From positions 132,465 through 196,464 of the forward strand of contig CAYMNZ010000001.1 in NCBI GenBank assembly GCA_964391975.1: a stretch of DNA of 64,000 nt. The letters run 5' to 3'. The position numbers and the translations under genes are program-made. This document shows positions 1-10,130 of this stretch, in pieces (position 1 is the first letter of the stretch; each line of letters begins with the position of its first letter). The DNA comes from an uncultured Candidatus Saccharibacteria bacterium. GTDB lineage: Bacteria > Patescibacteriota > Minisyncoccia > Phycocordibacterales > Phycocordibacteraceae. The notes below the pieces were generated by a model. That model was given only the letters and a program-made list of their open reading frames with translations. It was not told the origin of the DNA and searched no databases.

Positions 1-306
1 TCCTCAGGCACCGTGTATGTGGCGGACGGCAAAATGCGTGGAGACTTCACTACCGTGGTCGCAGCGCTCGGAGGCAAGATTGTGGAGTCGTACATGATTT
101 CAACTGACGGCTATGTCTACACCTGGAGCAACCTCTTGCCACAGGGAATGAAGATGCAGATAAGTACTTCAGGAGATACGGCGACGCAGGGCGGTATGGA
201 TGCATCTGCTGCCGTTGATTACCACTGCGCTCCCTGGAATGTCGATGCAAGCCGCTTCACTGTTCCTACGAACGTGAAGTTCACCACGGTCGGCGGCGTA
301 CAGTAG
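1..306 (+). CDS. Hypothetical protein, 3' part (5' end outside window)
   Basis: Frame is open from base 1 to TAG at 304-306; no recognisable catalytic motif. Confidence 0.65.
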   Translation, partial: SSGTVYVADGKMRGDFTTVVAALGGKIVESYMISTDGYVYTWSNLLPQGMKMQISTSGDTATQGGMDASAAVDYHCAPWNVDASRFTVPTNVKFTTVGGVQ

Positions 307-344
307 TGCAGCGTACCGGACTACCTCCGGTATACTGAGAGGAA

Positions 345-1319
345 ATGCGGCGTACACTTTTCAAATGGATTGGCGGGACAGTGCTCGCAATTGTGCTTCT
401 CTCACTTGCCTACGCAGGATTATTCGGTCCAGATGGGAAATCCACAGAGTTCGAGGAATTTCTGATTGAGCCGGACGACTCGCTTGCAGAAGTGTCGGAA
501 GCACTGGCCTCGCGCGGGCTGATTCGAAACACCTTTGGGTTCAGTATCGCCTACGCGCGCATGGCCGGCACCATCGAAACGTATCCGGGAGGGTATGAAC
601 TCTCCACGTCTATGGATGCGTGGACCGTTGCAAAGATTCTTTCGGGTCCACCAAAGCTTGCGTGGGTGCGCATTCCGGAAGGGTATCGCAAGGAACAGAT
701 TGCGGAGCTCCTTATGAAGACCCTCGGATGGACGGAAGAGGAACGTGAACGTTGGGTTACGGTGGATACTGAAACTTCCGCAAACGAAAAGGAAGGAGTG
801 TATTTCCCAGACATCTACCTCATCCCAACTGATCAAAGCACGGCAGAAGTTGCTGCTCGTCTTAAGGAGCGGTTTACGCACGAGACCAAGTTGCTTCGAG
901 AGGAGGCTTTGGCTTCCGGTATTGATTGGGAGGAGGCGCTTATCATCGCGTCGTTAATTGAGAGGGAATCAAACGGAAGGGACGACCAAGAACTTATCGC
1001 TGGCATCATTATGAATCGACTCGAAGATGGCATGCCCCTTGGCATCGACGCGACGCTCCAGTACATACGTGGGGAAAGTGGTGCGTGGTGGCCGGTGCCG
1101 CAATCAGAAGACAAGTACCTTGAGTCTCCCTACAACACGTATTTCCGCCCAGGGCTTCCGCCGCACCCTATTGCAAACCCAAGTCTGGAATCAATTGCCG
1201 CAGCAATTCGTCCCTCAGCTACCTCCTGCCTCTACTATTTGCATGACTATGACGGCGAGATTCATTGCTCCACCAACTACCGTGCACACGTAGCGAACGT
1301 CAATCGATACCTCAAATAG
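345..1319 (+). CDS. mltG: Endolytic transglycosylase MltG (YceG family)
   Basis: N-terminal TM; IPEG, EGVYFPDIY, ASLIERE (catalytic Glu), SPYNTY..PGLPPHPIANP motifs. Confidence 0.92.
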   Translation: MRRTLFKWIGGTVLAIVLLSLAYAGLFGPDGKSTEFEEFLIEPDDSLAEVSEALASRGLIRNTFGFSIAYARMAGTIETYPGGYELSTSMDAWTVAKILSGPPKLAWVRIPEGYRKEQIAELLMKTLGWTEEERERWVTVDTETSANEKEGVYFPDIYLIPTDQSTAEVAARLKERFTHETKLLREEALASGIDWEEALIIASLIERESNGRDDQELIAGIIMNRLEDGMPLGIDATLQYIRGESGAWWPVPQSEDKYLESPYNTYFRPGLPPHPIANPSLESIAAAIRPSATSCLYYLHDYDGEIHCSTNYRAHVANVNRYLK

Positions 1320-1341
1320 CGAGTGGTATAGTTAGAGCTTC

Positions 1342-3129
1342 ATGAAAAAGAAGCGCAATTTCAGAGTAAAAGAAGTACTGGCGGTCTACTTCGCGCATGC
1401 GAAGCGGTATCCCGTATCCGTATCGGCAGGCTTCATCTTTACGGCTGGTGCATTCGTTTTCAGCACGATTGTTCCGCTCATCTACAAGGAACTGATTGAT
1501 ACCGCAGCAGCAAACCCAGAACCAACCGCACTTGCGGCAAGCGCAATGCGGGCCATTCTAGCGACTGCAGTAATGTTCATGCTCTTGCGCTTCTGCTTGC
1601 GCCGGGGAGGAAGTGTCGCCAATACCTTCTTTCAGCCGCGCATTATGCGGGACCTTGGGAATACGGCGTTCTCTTATCTCATAGACCACTCCTACCGCTT
1701 CTTCGCGAACAACTTCACGGGTACCTTGGTGCGCCGGGTGACAAAGATTCAGTCTTCGTTCGAAGACTTTGCGGACCGTATGTTCTTCGACTTTGTGCCT
1801 ATTACCGTAACGCTCATTGGTGCCGGTGCGGTGCTGTTCTCTCGTCATTGGATTCTGGGAACTATGTTCAGCGTCTGGGTGGTCATCTTCCTTGCAGTGC
1901 AGTTCGGCATCGTCGCATGGAAGATGAAGTACAACGTTGCCGTCGCAGAGAAGGATTCTGAAGTAGTCGGAGTATTGTCTGATGCCGTCGCCAACGACGT
2001 TACCATCAAGACCTTTGCGAGCGAGGACCACGAGCGTGGCCTATTCGCGAAGGTGGCACAGCAGCTCTCGAAGCTACGCTTCAAGAGCTGGATGATTGAT
2101 GAGGCCATCAACATGGTGCAGGGCCTCCTCATGATTCTCATCGAGTTCCTGCTGTTTTTCGGCGTTATCTATCTCTGGCAGCAGGGAGAAGCGACGGTGG
2201 GAGACTTTATCCTGGTGCAGTCCTACGTCATTCTCGCCATTGACCGCCTCTGGGACCTCGGCCAAGCGTTGCGCCGCCTCTACTCTTCGTTTGCTGACGC
2301 GACTGAGATGGTTGAGATTATGCTTGAGCCTCATGAGATTACGGACGCTCCGAACGCAGGCACACTCAAGGTGAACGAGGGAGCCATCGCCTTCAATAAG
2401 GTTGAGTTCCGTTTCCACGAAGACCGGGCAATACTCAAGGATTTCGATCTTGCGATTAAGGGACACGAGAAGGTAGCGCTTGTGGGTCCATCGGGGGCAG
2501 GCAAAACCACCATCACCAAGCTCCTGCTTCGCTTCCATGACGTGAACGGCGGAGCGCTCACTATTGATGGGCAGGATATTAAGGAGGTAACGCAGCGAAG
2601 TCTTCGTGAGGCAATTGCCTTCGTGCCGCAGGAGCCTATTCTCTTCCACCGCACGCTCATGGAAAACATCCGCTACGGCCGTAAGGACGCTACCGATGAG
2701 GAGGTGGTGGCCGCCGCAGAGAAGGCACACTGTATGGATTTCATCAACAAAGCACCGGAAGGTTTCAAGACGTATGTGGGTGAGCGTGGCATCAAGCTCT
2801 CGGGAGGGGAGCGCCAGCGCATCGCCATTGCACGTGCCATCCTCAAGGACGCACCTATTCTCGTGCTCGATGAGGCAACCTCCTCGCTCGACTCAGAATC
2901 AGAGGCGCTCATTCAGGATGCACTCGCCAAGCTCATGGAAGGCAAGACGGTCATCGCCATTGCACACCGCCTCTCCACTGTTATGAAGATGGACCGCATC
3001 ATCGTGATTGAGGATGGAAAAGTAGTCACGACCGGTACGCACGATGACCTTCTTCAGCACGAGGGCGGACTCTACAAGAAGCTCTGGGAGATTCAGGCAG
3101 GAGGGTTTCTTACGGGAGAGTTGAAGTAG
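1342..3129 (+). CDS. ABC transporter, fused permease/ATPase (exporter type)
   Basis: TM domain followed by Walker A GPSGAGKT, LSGGERQR signature and LVLDEATS. Confidence 0.93.
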   Translation: MKKKRNFRVKEVLAVYFAHAKRYPVSVSAGFIFTAGAFVFSTIVPLIYKELIDTAAANPEPTALAASAMRAILATAVMFMLLRFCLRRGGSVANTFFQPRIMRDLGNTAFSYLIDHSYRFFANNFTGTLVRRVTKIQSSFEDFADRMFFDFVPITVTLIGAGAVLFSRHWILGTMFSVWVVIFLAVQFGIVAWKMKYNVAVAEKDSEVVGVLSDAVANDVTIKTFASEDHERGLFAKVAQQLSKLRFKSWMIDEAINMVQGLLMILIEFLLFFGVIYLWQQGEATVGDFILVQSYVILAIDRLWDLGQALRRLYSSFADATEMVEIMLEPHEITDAPNAGTLKVNEGAIAFNKVEFRFHEDRAILKDFDLAIKGHEKVALVGPSGAGKTTITKLLLRFHDVNGGALTIDGQDIKEVTQRSLREAIAFVPQEPILFHRTLMENIRYGRKDATDEEVVAAAEKAHCMDFINKAPEGFKTYVGERGIKLSGGERQRIAIARAILKDAPILVLDEATSSLDSESEALIQDALAKLMEGKTVIAIAHRLSTVMKMDRIIVIEDGKVVTTGTHDDLLQHEGGLYKKLWEIQAGGFLTGELK

Positions 3130-3131
3130 CT

Positions 3132-3677
3132 ATGAAAAACGCCATCATCCTGCATGGCACGGGGACGAAGAATACGGATTTCTGGTTTCCGTACCTCAAA
3201 GAAAAACTCGAAGCAAAAGGTTACGATGTCTGGCTTCCGCAACTTCCAAACGACGAAACACCAAACCTGAAAGACTGGCTTGGCTTTGTGCTTGAGAACG
3301 GGACGTTCACTGAGGAAACGGTGCTCGTGGGTCACTCGGCTGGCTCGCAATTTATCCTCAGTATTCTCGAGAACCTCACGACGCCTATCAAGAAAGCTAT
3401 TCTTGTATCCGGATATGCAAAGGTGCTTCGCGCCACTTCCGAAGCCCCGAAGAACACACAGGAGCCCAACTGGGCGGCTATCAAAGGCAAGGCGAAGGAA
3501 TTTGTTTTTATAAACTCTGATAACGACCCTTGGGGCTGTAATGACAAAGAAGGCGCAATTATGGTCGAACACTTAGGAGGCGAGCAGATTGTTATGGCAG
3601 GGGAAGGGCACATGGGCTCCACCACCTATAACCAGCCGTACAAGGAGTTCCCGCTCCTCAACGAGTTGGTTTCTTAG
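3132..3677 (+). CDS. Alpha/beta hydrolase, RBBP9/YdeN family
   Basis: ILHG, WFPYL, GHSAG nucleophile elbow, SDNDP, GH. Confidence 0.85.
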   Translation: MKNAIILHGTGTKNTDFWFPYLKEKLEAKGYDVWLPQLPNDETPNLKDWLGFVLENGTFTEETVLVGHSAGSQFILSILENLTTPIKKAILVSGYAKVLRATSEAPKNTQEPNWAAIKGKAKEFVFINSDNDPWGCNDKEGAIMVEHLGGEQIVMAGEGHMGSTTYNQPYKEFPLLNELVS

Positions 3678-4252
3678 AAGCTCACCTGTTCTTCGAACGG
3701 CTTTGTGCCATCAATGACAAGGTCTGCGTGACCCTTTGGGTTGTTACGCTCCATGTATTCCTGCTCTGATGCAATCCATCCTTTCCAAAGCGTGGTTATT
3801 TCGTCGAGCGGTTTTCCTGTAATCTTGTCGCGCTCAATCCCGCGTTCAAGACAAAGCTCTTTCGGTGTATCCACGAAGATGGAGAGGCTTATATAGTCTC
3901 TGAATTCCTTTCTCGACGAACTGACTCCTTCAAGAATCATGAGGTCAGTCACGGGCTGGTCGACGACTGGTCCCGGAACATTATTGTCCCACCACTGCGT
4001 ACGAGGATAGTTGAGCGTAGTCGCTCCGTTCTTGATTGGTTCGAACACGCGCTCAATAACCAGCGGCCACCAATCAAATGGATTCTCCCAGCTCGCAAAA
4101 TCGTCCTGCCGGACTATTTGAGCCCCTAGTTTCTCTGCGAGAAGTGTGGCGAACGTAGATTTACCAGACCCTCCATGCCCATCAACCGCTATGAAGCGAA
4201 CGTGCCCAACCTTCGGTTCCTTGGAAGCGATGAGCGCCGTCACATTTGTCAT
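3674..4252 (-). CDS. P-loop kinase, uridine-kinase-like
   Basis: IAVDGHGGSGKST, DDF, ILEGV, RGIERD; start moved to ATG 4252, which lies 6 nt after a TATACT box. Confidence 0.75.
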   Translation of the reverse strand: MTNVTALIASKEPKVGHVRFIAVDGHGGSGKSTFATLLAEKLGAQIVRQDDFASWENPFDWWPLVIERVFEPIKNGATTLNYPRTQWWDNNVPGPVVDQPVTDLMILEGVSSSRKEFRDYISLSIFVDTPKELCLERGIERDKITGKPLDEITTLWKGWIASEQEYMERNNPKGHADLVIDGTKPFEEQVSF

Positions 4253-4267
4253 AGGGAGAGTATACCG

Positions 4268-4295
4268 TTGACGCACCATATATATACGGTATGGT
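4268..4295 (+). promoter_or_regulatory. Sigma70-like promoter for typA
   Basis: TTGACG-16nt-TATGGT, followed by a GGCC-GCGA-GGCC hairpin in the leader. Confidence 0.5.
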
Positions 4296-4326
4296 AGGGA
4301 AGTAACGGCCGCGAGGCCGATTTTCT

Positions 4327-6132
4327 ATGGAAATCAGGAACATCGCTATCATCGCTCACGTGGACCACGGTAAGACCACCCTTACTGACGCCTTGCTGCG
4401 TCAGACGGGTGCTGTGGCAGACACCGCAGCCTCCATGGACTCCAACACGCTCGAGAAGGAGCGCGGCATCACCATCTACTCCAAGAACGCTTCGGTGGAG
4501 TACAAGGGCACCAAAATCAACATCGTCGATACCCCAGGACACGCGGACTTCGGTTCCGAGGTGGAGCGCGTGCTGCGCTCGATTGACTCCGTGCTCCTCA
4601 TCGTCGACGCCCAGGAAGGCCCAATGCCCCAGACCCGTTTCGTACTTAAGAAGTCCCTTGAGCTCGGACTTAAGCCAATCGTGGTGTTGAACAAGATTGA
4701 TAAGCCTGCTGCAGACCCTGCACGCGCAGAGGAGCAGGTGCTTGAGCTCTTCTTCGAGCTCGGTGCTAACGAGGAGCAGTCCAACTTCCCAGTGGTCTAC
4801 GCCATTGGTCGCGACGGTGTTGCCGCTAAGACGCTCGCAGACATGCCAAGTAATGGTGGAGCCGCTCGCGACCTCACCCAGCTTCTTGATGTCGTGCTTG
4901 AGCACGTACCACCAGCATCCACTCCAGACGCAGTCAGCAAGCCGCTTAAGCTTCAGGCTTTCAACCTTGGTTACGACAACTTCCTTGGTCGCCTTGCTAT
5001 CGCTCGCATCTACGAAGGCTCCGTACATCCAGGAGATAACGTTATCGAGAAGAACCCAGACGGCACGACCCGTACCGGCAAGCTCACCAAGATTTTCACC
5101 TTCAAGGGACTTGAGCGTGTTGAGGCAACCGTTGCAGAAGCAGGCGACATCGCCCTTATCGCAGGCCTTCCAGAGATTTACATCGGAGAGACCGTCACCA
5201 CCGACCCATCAGTCGAGCCAATGCCTGCAATTGCCATTGATGAGCCGACCATCAGCGTGAACTTCCTCGTGAACAACTCACCGTTTGCTGGTAAGGAAGG
5301 AAAGTACGTGACCAGTCGCCAGCTGCGCGAGTACCTTGAGCGCGAGCTCCAGGTGAACGTTGGACTTAAGGTTGATTTCAATTCAACGGACTCCTTCAAG
5401 ATTTCAGGACGTGGCGAGCTTCACATCGCGATTCTCCTTGAGAACATGCGCCGCGCAGGCTACGAAATGCAGGTCTCCCAGCCGCAGGTCATCATTCGCG
5501 AAGAGGAGGGCAAGAAGCTCGAGCCGTTTGAGGAGGTCATCATCGATATCCCAAGCGAGTACCAGGGTGCTGTTATCGAGCGCCTCGGCACCCGCGCCTT
5601 TGTGCTTCAGAACCTTGTGCAGCATGACAACAGCGTACGCCTCACACTTGAGGGCCCTACTCGTGGACTCCTTGGGTACAAGAACATTTTCGTCGTTGAT
5701 ACCAAGGGCGAAGGAATCCTCTCCTCCCGTGTTATCGGCTTCAAGCCACACGCAGGTGAAATCAAGAAGCGTCAGGTAGGTTCGATGATTTCCATGACCA
5801 CTGGCAAGTCGCTTGGCTACGCACTCTGGTACCTCCAGGAGCGCGGCGTCCTCTACATCAACCCAGCAACGGAAGTCTACGAGGGCATGGTGGTGGGCAA
5901 CACCTCTAAGGGCGAGGAAATGATGGTGAACCCAACTAAGGGTAAGAACCAGTCTAACGTCCGTTCTTCCGGTAACGATGAGGCCATTAACCTCTTTCCA
6001 CCGATTCTCCTTACGATTGAGCGCGGACTCGAGCTCATGGGCGAGGACGAGTATCTCGAGATTACGCCAGAGAGCGTGCGCCTACGCAAGCAGTTCTTGA
6101 CTGAGACTGACCGCGCTAAGGCTCGTCGCTAA
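4327..6132 (+). CDS. typA: Translational GTPase TypA/BipA
   Basis: RNIAIIAHVDHGKTT, ERGITI, DTPGHADF, GRGELH, C-terminal EITPESVRLRK. Confidence 0.97.
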   Translation: MEIRNIAIIAHVDHGKTTLTDALLRQTGAVADTAASMDSNTLEKERGITIYSKNASVEYKGTKINIVDTPGHADFGSEVERVLRSIDSVLLIVDAQEGPMPQTRFVLKKSLELGLKPIVVLNKIDKPAADPARAEEQVLELFFELGANEEQSNFPVVYAIGRDGVAAKTLADMPSNGGAARDLTQLLDVVLEHVPPASTPDAVSKPLKLQAFNLGYDNFLGRLAIARIYEGSVHPGDNVIEKNPDGTTRTGKLTKIFTFKGLERVEATVAEAGDIALIAGLPEIYIGETVTTDPSVEPMPAIAIDEPTISVNFLVNNSPFAGKEGKYVTSRQLREYLERELQVNVGLKVDFNSTDSFKISGRGELHIAILLENMRRAGYEMQVSQPQVIIREEEGKKLEPFEEVIIDIPSEYQGAVIERLGTRAFVLQNLVQHDNSVRLTLEGPTRGLLGYKNIFVVDTKGEGILSSRVIGFKPHAGEIKKRQVGSMISMTTGKSLGYALWYLQERGVLYINPATEVYEGMVVGNTSKGEEMMVNPTKGKNQSNVRSSGNDEAINLFPPILLTIERGLELMGEDEYLEITPESVRLRKQFLTETDRAKARR

Positions 6133-6152
6133 CGGGTGGTATTCTAGAGGGC

Positions 6153-6842
6153 ATGGGACTCTTCATTGAGATTGCCTTCCTCCTCATCATTGTGATGGTG
6201 AACCGTCTCGGGTTCATCTACGTCGTTAACCGCAGGCTCCACCTGACGCTTTCGAAGAATCCGCTCCTCACCTTCCTTTATTTCATCTTGATGACGGTGG
6301 TGCTTGCCGTCCTTTTTCCGCACTACGCGGCTGTTCTGTTCCAGTCAGGTTCAACCATGGCGATTTTGTTCTGTCTCTTTGTGCTCTTTATCATCAATCC
6401 TTGGGTGTACGCGCGCCTCAAGGAACTCCACCAAACCCCTTCAAAGCTTGCAGAAGCGTTCCCGGACCAGCAGTTCCTCCTCATTGATACACGCTTCCTG
6501 TTCTCCAAGACCTCAGACGTTATCTTCCAGCAGGTGGCGGTGGGCATCATGCTTCTCATTCTCTCCGAAGCAGGTATCCCAATGAGTGAGCTAGTGCCGC
6601 TCGCCGCACTTGTGTTTGCAATCATTCACCTCCACATGTTCTTCGCGACCAGAATACTGTGGGCTACGTACTTCACCATTAGCGCCACTCTTGGCGGCTT
6701 CATGCTCCCATTCCTTATCCTTGGTGTTCCGGGCGGTATCTATTACGCGATTGTGATTCACATGCTCTGGTATGTGGGCAGTGGTGCACTCTTTGGTGCA
6801 ATCGAAGCAGTTGAACGTGGGATTAACCGACGCAAGGCATGA
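6153..6842 (+). CDS. Polytopic membrane protein, weakly CPBP/Abi-like
   Basis: Multiple TMs; FAIIH and IHMLWY resemble CPBP motifs but the EExxxR motif is absent. Confidence 0.55.
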   Translation: MGLFIEIAFLLIIVMVNRLGFIYVVNRRLHLTLSKNPLLTFLYFILMTVVLAVLFPHYAAVLFQSGSTMAILFCLFVLFIINPWVYARLKELHQTPSKLAEAFPDQQFLLIDTRFLFSKTSDVIFQQVAVGIMLLILSEAGIPMSELVPLAALVFAIIHLHMFFATRILWATYFTISATLGGFMLPFLILGVPGGIYYAIVIHMLWYVGSGALFGAIEAVERGINRRKA

Positions 6843-7735
6843 ACTACGGTCCGCTCTTAATTTTCATTGCAGCAGTGCTGTGGGGCATTGATGGACTCTT
6901 GCGCCGTGCGCTCTTTGACCTGCCGCCGGCGACTATTGTCTTCTACGAACATTTGATTGGACTCATCCTTATCTCGCCGTTTTTGATTCGTGCATGGAAG
7001 ACGGAGAAACTCACAAAGCAGGAGTGGGGAGCAATGCTTTTGGTCGCGCTTCTTTCAGGCGTGCTCGGCACCATCTTCTTCACGAGCGCGCTCCTGGCGG
7101 TAGGGTTCATTCCGTTCTCGGTGGTGTTCTTGCTTCAGAAGCTCCAGCCAGTGTTTACGGTTGCCACTGCAGCGGTCGTACTTAAGGAGCGCGTACGCCC
7201 GCTTTACTTCCTATGGGCTGTCGTCGCACTTATCGCTGGATACTTTGTTACGTTCCCGAACGGACAAATAAACCTCATCGACGGCCAGGGACAAGTGGCT
7301 GCTGCACTCTTCGCGCTTCTTGCAGCAATTGCCTGGGGCTCCTCAACCGCTTTCTCTCGCTTCACACTGCTTTCGCACGACAACACGTTCATCACGGGTC
7401 TTAGATTCCTCCTCACGGTCCCCATCGCCCTCATCTTTGTATACGCACTTGGAGCAGGGGAATCCCTTGTGAATGTGACGCTCAACCACCTCCTTATTCT
7501 TGGATTGATTGCGGTTTCAACCGGCATGCTCGCTCTCTGGATTTACTATCGGGGACTGCGCACCACTCCCGCCAGTGTTTCGACCATCGTCGAGCTTGCG
7601 TTCCCACTCACCGCCATTGCCATCGACTTCTTTGTCTATGGCGTGACCTTGGCGCCAAGTCAGTACCTTGCAGCAGCCGTCCTGCTAGGCTCTATGTACG
7701 CGGTGGCACGGCTCCCCCTTGTGAAAGCAACGTAA
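6839..7735 (+). CDS. DMT/EamA family transporter
   Basis: About 10 TMs in two EamA-like repeats. Confidence 0.85.
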   Translation: MNYGPLLIFIAAVLWGIDGLLRRALFDLPPATIVFYEHLIGLILISPFLIRAWKTEKLTKQEWGAMLLVALLSGVLGTIFFTSALLAVGFIPFSVVFLLQKLQPVFTVATAAVVLKERVRPLYFLWAVVALIAGYFVTFPNGQINLIDGQGQVAAALFALLAAIAWGSSTAFSRFTLLSHDNTFITGLRFLLTVPIALIFVYALGAGESLVNVTLNHLLILGLIAVSTGMLALWIYYRGLRTTPASVSTIVELAFPLTAIAIDFFVYGVTLAPSQYLAAAVLLGSMYAVARLPLVKAT

Positions 7736-7754
7736 GCGTGCTACGGTATTCCTA

Positions 7755-7894
7755 CAACGTCACTCCAGTTTCCGTCTTGAGAGATACTCAAGACCCGGGA
7801 AGGAAAGTGTAAGCAATCTCGGAACTCTCAGGACGTTGCGGCCCCGCCCGAGCCCATCGAGCTCTATAACTCATTGCGCGACCGACCGTCGCGC
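7755..7894 (+). ncRNA. Candidate structured 5' leader RNA of the DEAD-box helicase gene
   Basis: Nested stems CAACGTC/GACGTTG, TTTCC/GGGAA and GTCTTGAG/CTCAAGAC, plus a GCGCGAC/GTCGCGC hairpin; begins just after TGCTACGGT -10 box. Confidence 0.5.
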
Positions 7895-7911
7895 GGAACA
7901 CATACATTCTT

Positions 7912-9363
7912 ATGAATCAGTCGCATTCAGGTAATACAAGTAACGGTAATAAATCAGGTGGTGCACGCCCTCGTCGCCCTATGGGCGGAGGTGGTGGACG
8001 TCCCTTCAACCGCCGTGGCCCAGCGCGCAGCAGCGCGTACGAGGCAGGCATGCGCTTTGCGCAGGAGGGATGGAAACCCCCAGTCACCGCATCAAGCTAT
8101 GACCTCAAGGAACATGGCATGGGCGGAGGCAGTCGTGGTCCTCGCACGAGCGCCCCTCGCAGCGGAGGAGCATCAGGAGGCTACCGCGGTAACAACAACA
8201 CCGGCCCTCGTGGAGGACGCGGCGGACCTCGCCGTGGCGGAGGTGGTCGCCGTGGCGCAGACCCCGTCTTCGACGTTTCTCGTTTCATTAACAAGGCAAC
8301 TCCCGTAGCGGACGTTGAGGTCTTCGTACCCACCACTGCATTTGTTGATCTTCCTATTAGCGAACAGCTCAAGGACAACATCATTGGTAAGGGCTACACC
8401 ACCCCAACTCCTATTCAGGACCAGGCTATCCCCCAGATTCTTATGGGCAAGGATGTCGTTGGACTTGCAAACACCGGTACCGGAAAGACCGGAGCCTTTC
8501 TTATTCCGCTTATTGAGAAGGTGATTAAGGACCGCACTGAGCGCGTTCTCATCATGGTGCCAACCCGTGAGCTCGCTATTCAGATTGAGCAGGAGTTCTT
8601 TGGCTTCGCGAAGATGCTTCGCATCGCTTCCGTCACTTGTGTGGGTGGCGCGAACATCGTGCCGCAGATTCGCACGCTTGCTCGTGATCCAGCATTTGTC
8701 ATTGGTACGCCAGGACGCCTTAAGGACCTTATGGAGCGCAGGAAGCTCGACCTCTCGAAGTTCCGCACCGTCGTGCTCGATGAGGCTGACCGCATGCTCG
8801 ACATGGGATTCATCGACGATATGCGCTTCATCCTTTCGCAGATGATTAGGGAGCGTCACACGCTTTTCTTCTCCGCCACCATGGGTCGTGAGATTGAGCG
8901 CCTTATTGGTGACTTCCTCAAAGATCCCGTCCAGATTTCGGTGAAGACTCGCGACACTGCAGCAACCATCGACCAGGACGTGGTGCGCGTTGAGCCGTCT
9001 CGCAAGTTCGATCGTCTCGTCGAGCTCCTTAAGGACCCTGAGTTCGATAAGGTACTCGTCTTCGGTAAGACCAAGCACGGTGTGGAGCGTCTTGCCCGTG
9101 ACCTTAAGCGCGCTGGGATTGAGGCTGACTCTATTCACGGCGACAAGACTCACGGTAGGCGCCAGCAGGCCCTCGGCCTCTTCAAGAAGGACCATGTCCA
9201 GGTGCTTGTGGCTACCGACGTGGCAGCACGCGGTCTCGACATCTCTGGGGTCTCCCACGTGATTAACTACGACCTTCCGCAGTCCTACGAGGACTATACC
9301 CACCGCATTGGCCGCACCGGCCGCGCAGGGAAGGCAGGACGCGCCCTCACGTTCATCTCGTAA
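7912..9363 (+). CDS. DEAD-box RNA helicase with RGG-rich N-terminal extension
   Basis: Q motif PTPIQ, ANTGTGKT, PTRELA, DEAD, SAT, ARGLD, HRIGRTGR. Confidence 0.95.
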   Translation: MNQSHSGNTSNGNKSGGARPRRPMGGGGGRPFNRRGPARSSAYEAGMRFAQEGWKPPVTASSYDLKEHGMGGGSRGPRTSAPRSGGASGGYRGNNNTGPRGGRGGPRRGGGGRRGADPVFDVSRFINKATPVADVEVFVPTTAFVDLPISEQLKDNIIGKGYTTPTPIQDQAIPQILMGKDVVGLANTGTGKTGAFLIPLIEKVIKDRTERVLIMVPTRELAIQIEQEFFGFAKMLRIASVTCVGGANIVPQIRTLARDPAFVIGTPGRLKDLMERRKLDLSKFRTVVLDEADRMLDMGFIDDMRFILSQMIRERHTLFFSATMGREIERLIGDFLKDPVQISVKTRDTAATIDQDVVRVEPSRKFDRLVELLKDPEFDKVLVFGKTKHGVERLARDLKRAGIEADSIHGDKTHGRRQQALGLFKKDHVQVLVATDVAARGLDISGVSHVINYDLPQSYEDYTHRIGRTGRAGKAGRALTFIS

Positions 9364-9433
9364 CCCCCATTTGTTCAATTCCTCCCAGAGGGTATGCTAT
9401 AGGGCATTACCCCCTGGAAAGTAATTGAGACAT

Positions 9434-10117
9434 ATGGATAACAAAACGTTTTTCGAGAAATACGGTACTGCGCTCGCCCTTTTGGTCGGGTTGGTACTCA
9501 TTGCAGGTGCACTCATGTACGGACGCGGCGCAAGCATGCCTACCGATGGTGCGGGAGGAGAGCCTGCGGCAGTTGATATCAAGGACGTGAAGACGGAGGG
9601 TTCGCCCTTTGTTGGAAGTGTAGACGCGCCAGTTACGATGGCAGTCTGGTTCGACTTCCAGTGCAGCTACTGCAAGTCTTACGAGAGCGGTACGTTGGCG
9701 AGCGTGACGGCCGACTATGTCGCCGACGGAAAGGTTCGCATTGTGTACAAGGATTTCCAGTTCCTCGGTCCAGCGTCCCTTGAAACCGCGCTCTACTCGC
9801 GCGCAGTTTGGGATGCGTATCCAGATAAGTGGGGCGGATGGTTCCATGCGGTTATGACGGGAGGTGGAGAAAACACTCTCGCTCGTGCCGGACTTGACGC
9901 AGCCGCTGTCGCACAGGGTATGGATGCCGCGCAAATCGCTACGCTCCTCACCAGCAACAAGGCAAAGTATGAGGCGGCAATTGAAGCCGACAGGACCGAA
10001 GGCGGTACCTTTGGCATCAACGGTACGCCAGGCTCAATCGTGGGTACCACACTCATCAGCGGCGCACAGCCGTACTCGATGGTGAAGCCTTTGATTGACG
10101 CAGAACTCGCGAAGTAA
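9434..10117 (+). CDS. DsbA-family thioredoxin-fold protein
   Basis: N-terminal TM, DFQCSYC, GINGTP, ISGAQPY. Confidence 0.88.
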   Translation: MDNKTFFEKYGTALALLVGLVLIAGALMYGRGASMPTDGAGGEPAAVDIKDVKTEGSPFVGSVDAPVTMAVWFDFQCSYCKSYESGTLASVTADYVADGKVRIVYKDFQFLGPASLETALYSRAVWDAYPDKWGGWFHAVMTGGGENTLARAGLDAAAVAQGMDAAQIATLLTSNKAKYEAAIEADRTEGGTFGINGTPGSIVGTTLISGAQPYSMVKPLIDAELAK

Positions 10118-10130
10118 TCACACACTTCTT

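Noticed and set aside
314-332. TACCGGA/TCCGGTA hairpin overlapping the mltG -10 box
   Set aside because: Short single stem; cannot be told apart from a weak terminator or chance
8173-9378. Long antisense/alternate-frame ORFs (also 4249-5028, 46877-47653, 59728-60525, 59970-60734)
   Set aside because: Shadows of well-conserved genes caused by codon bias; no motifs or start signals
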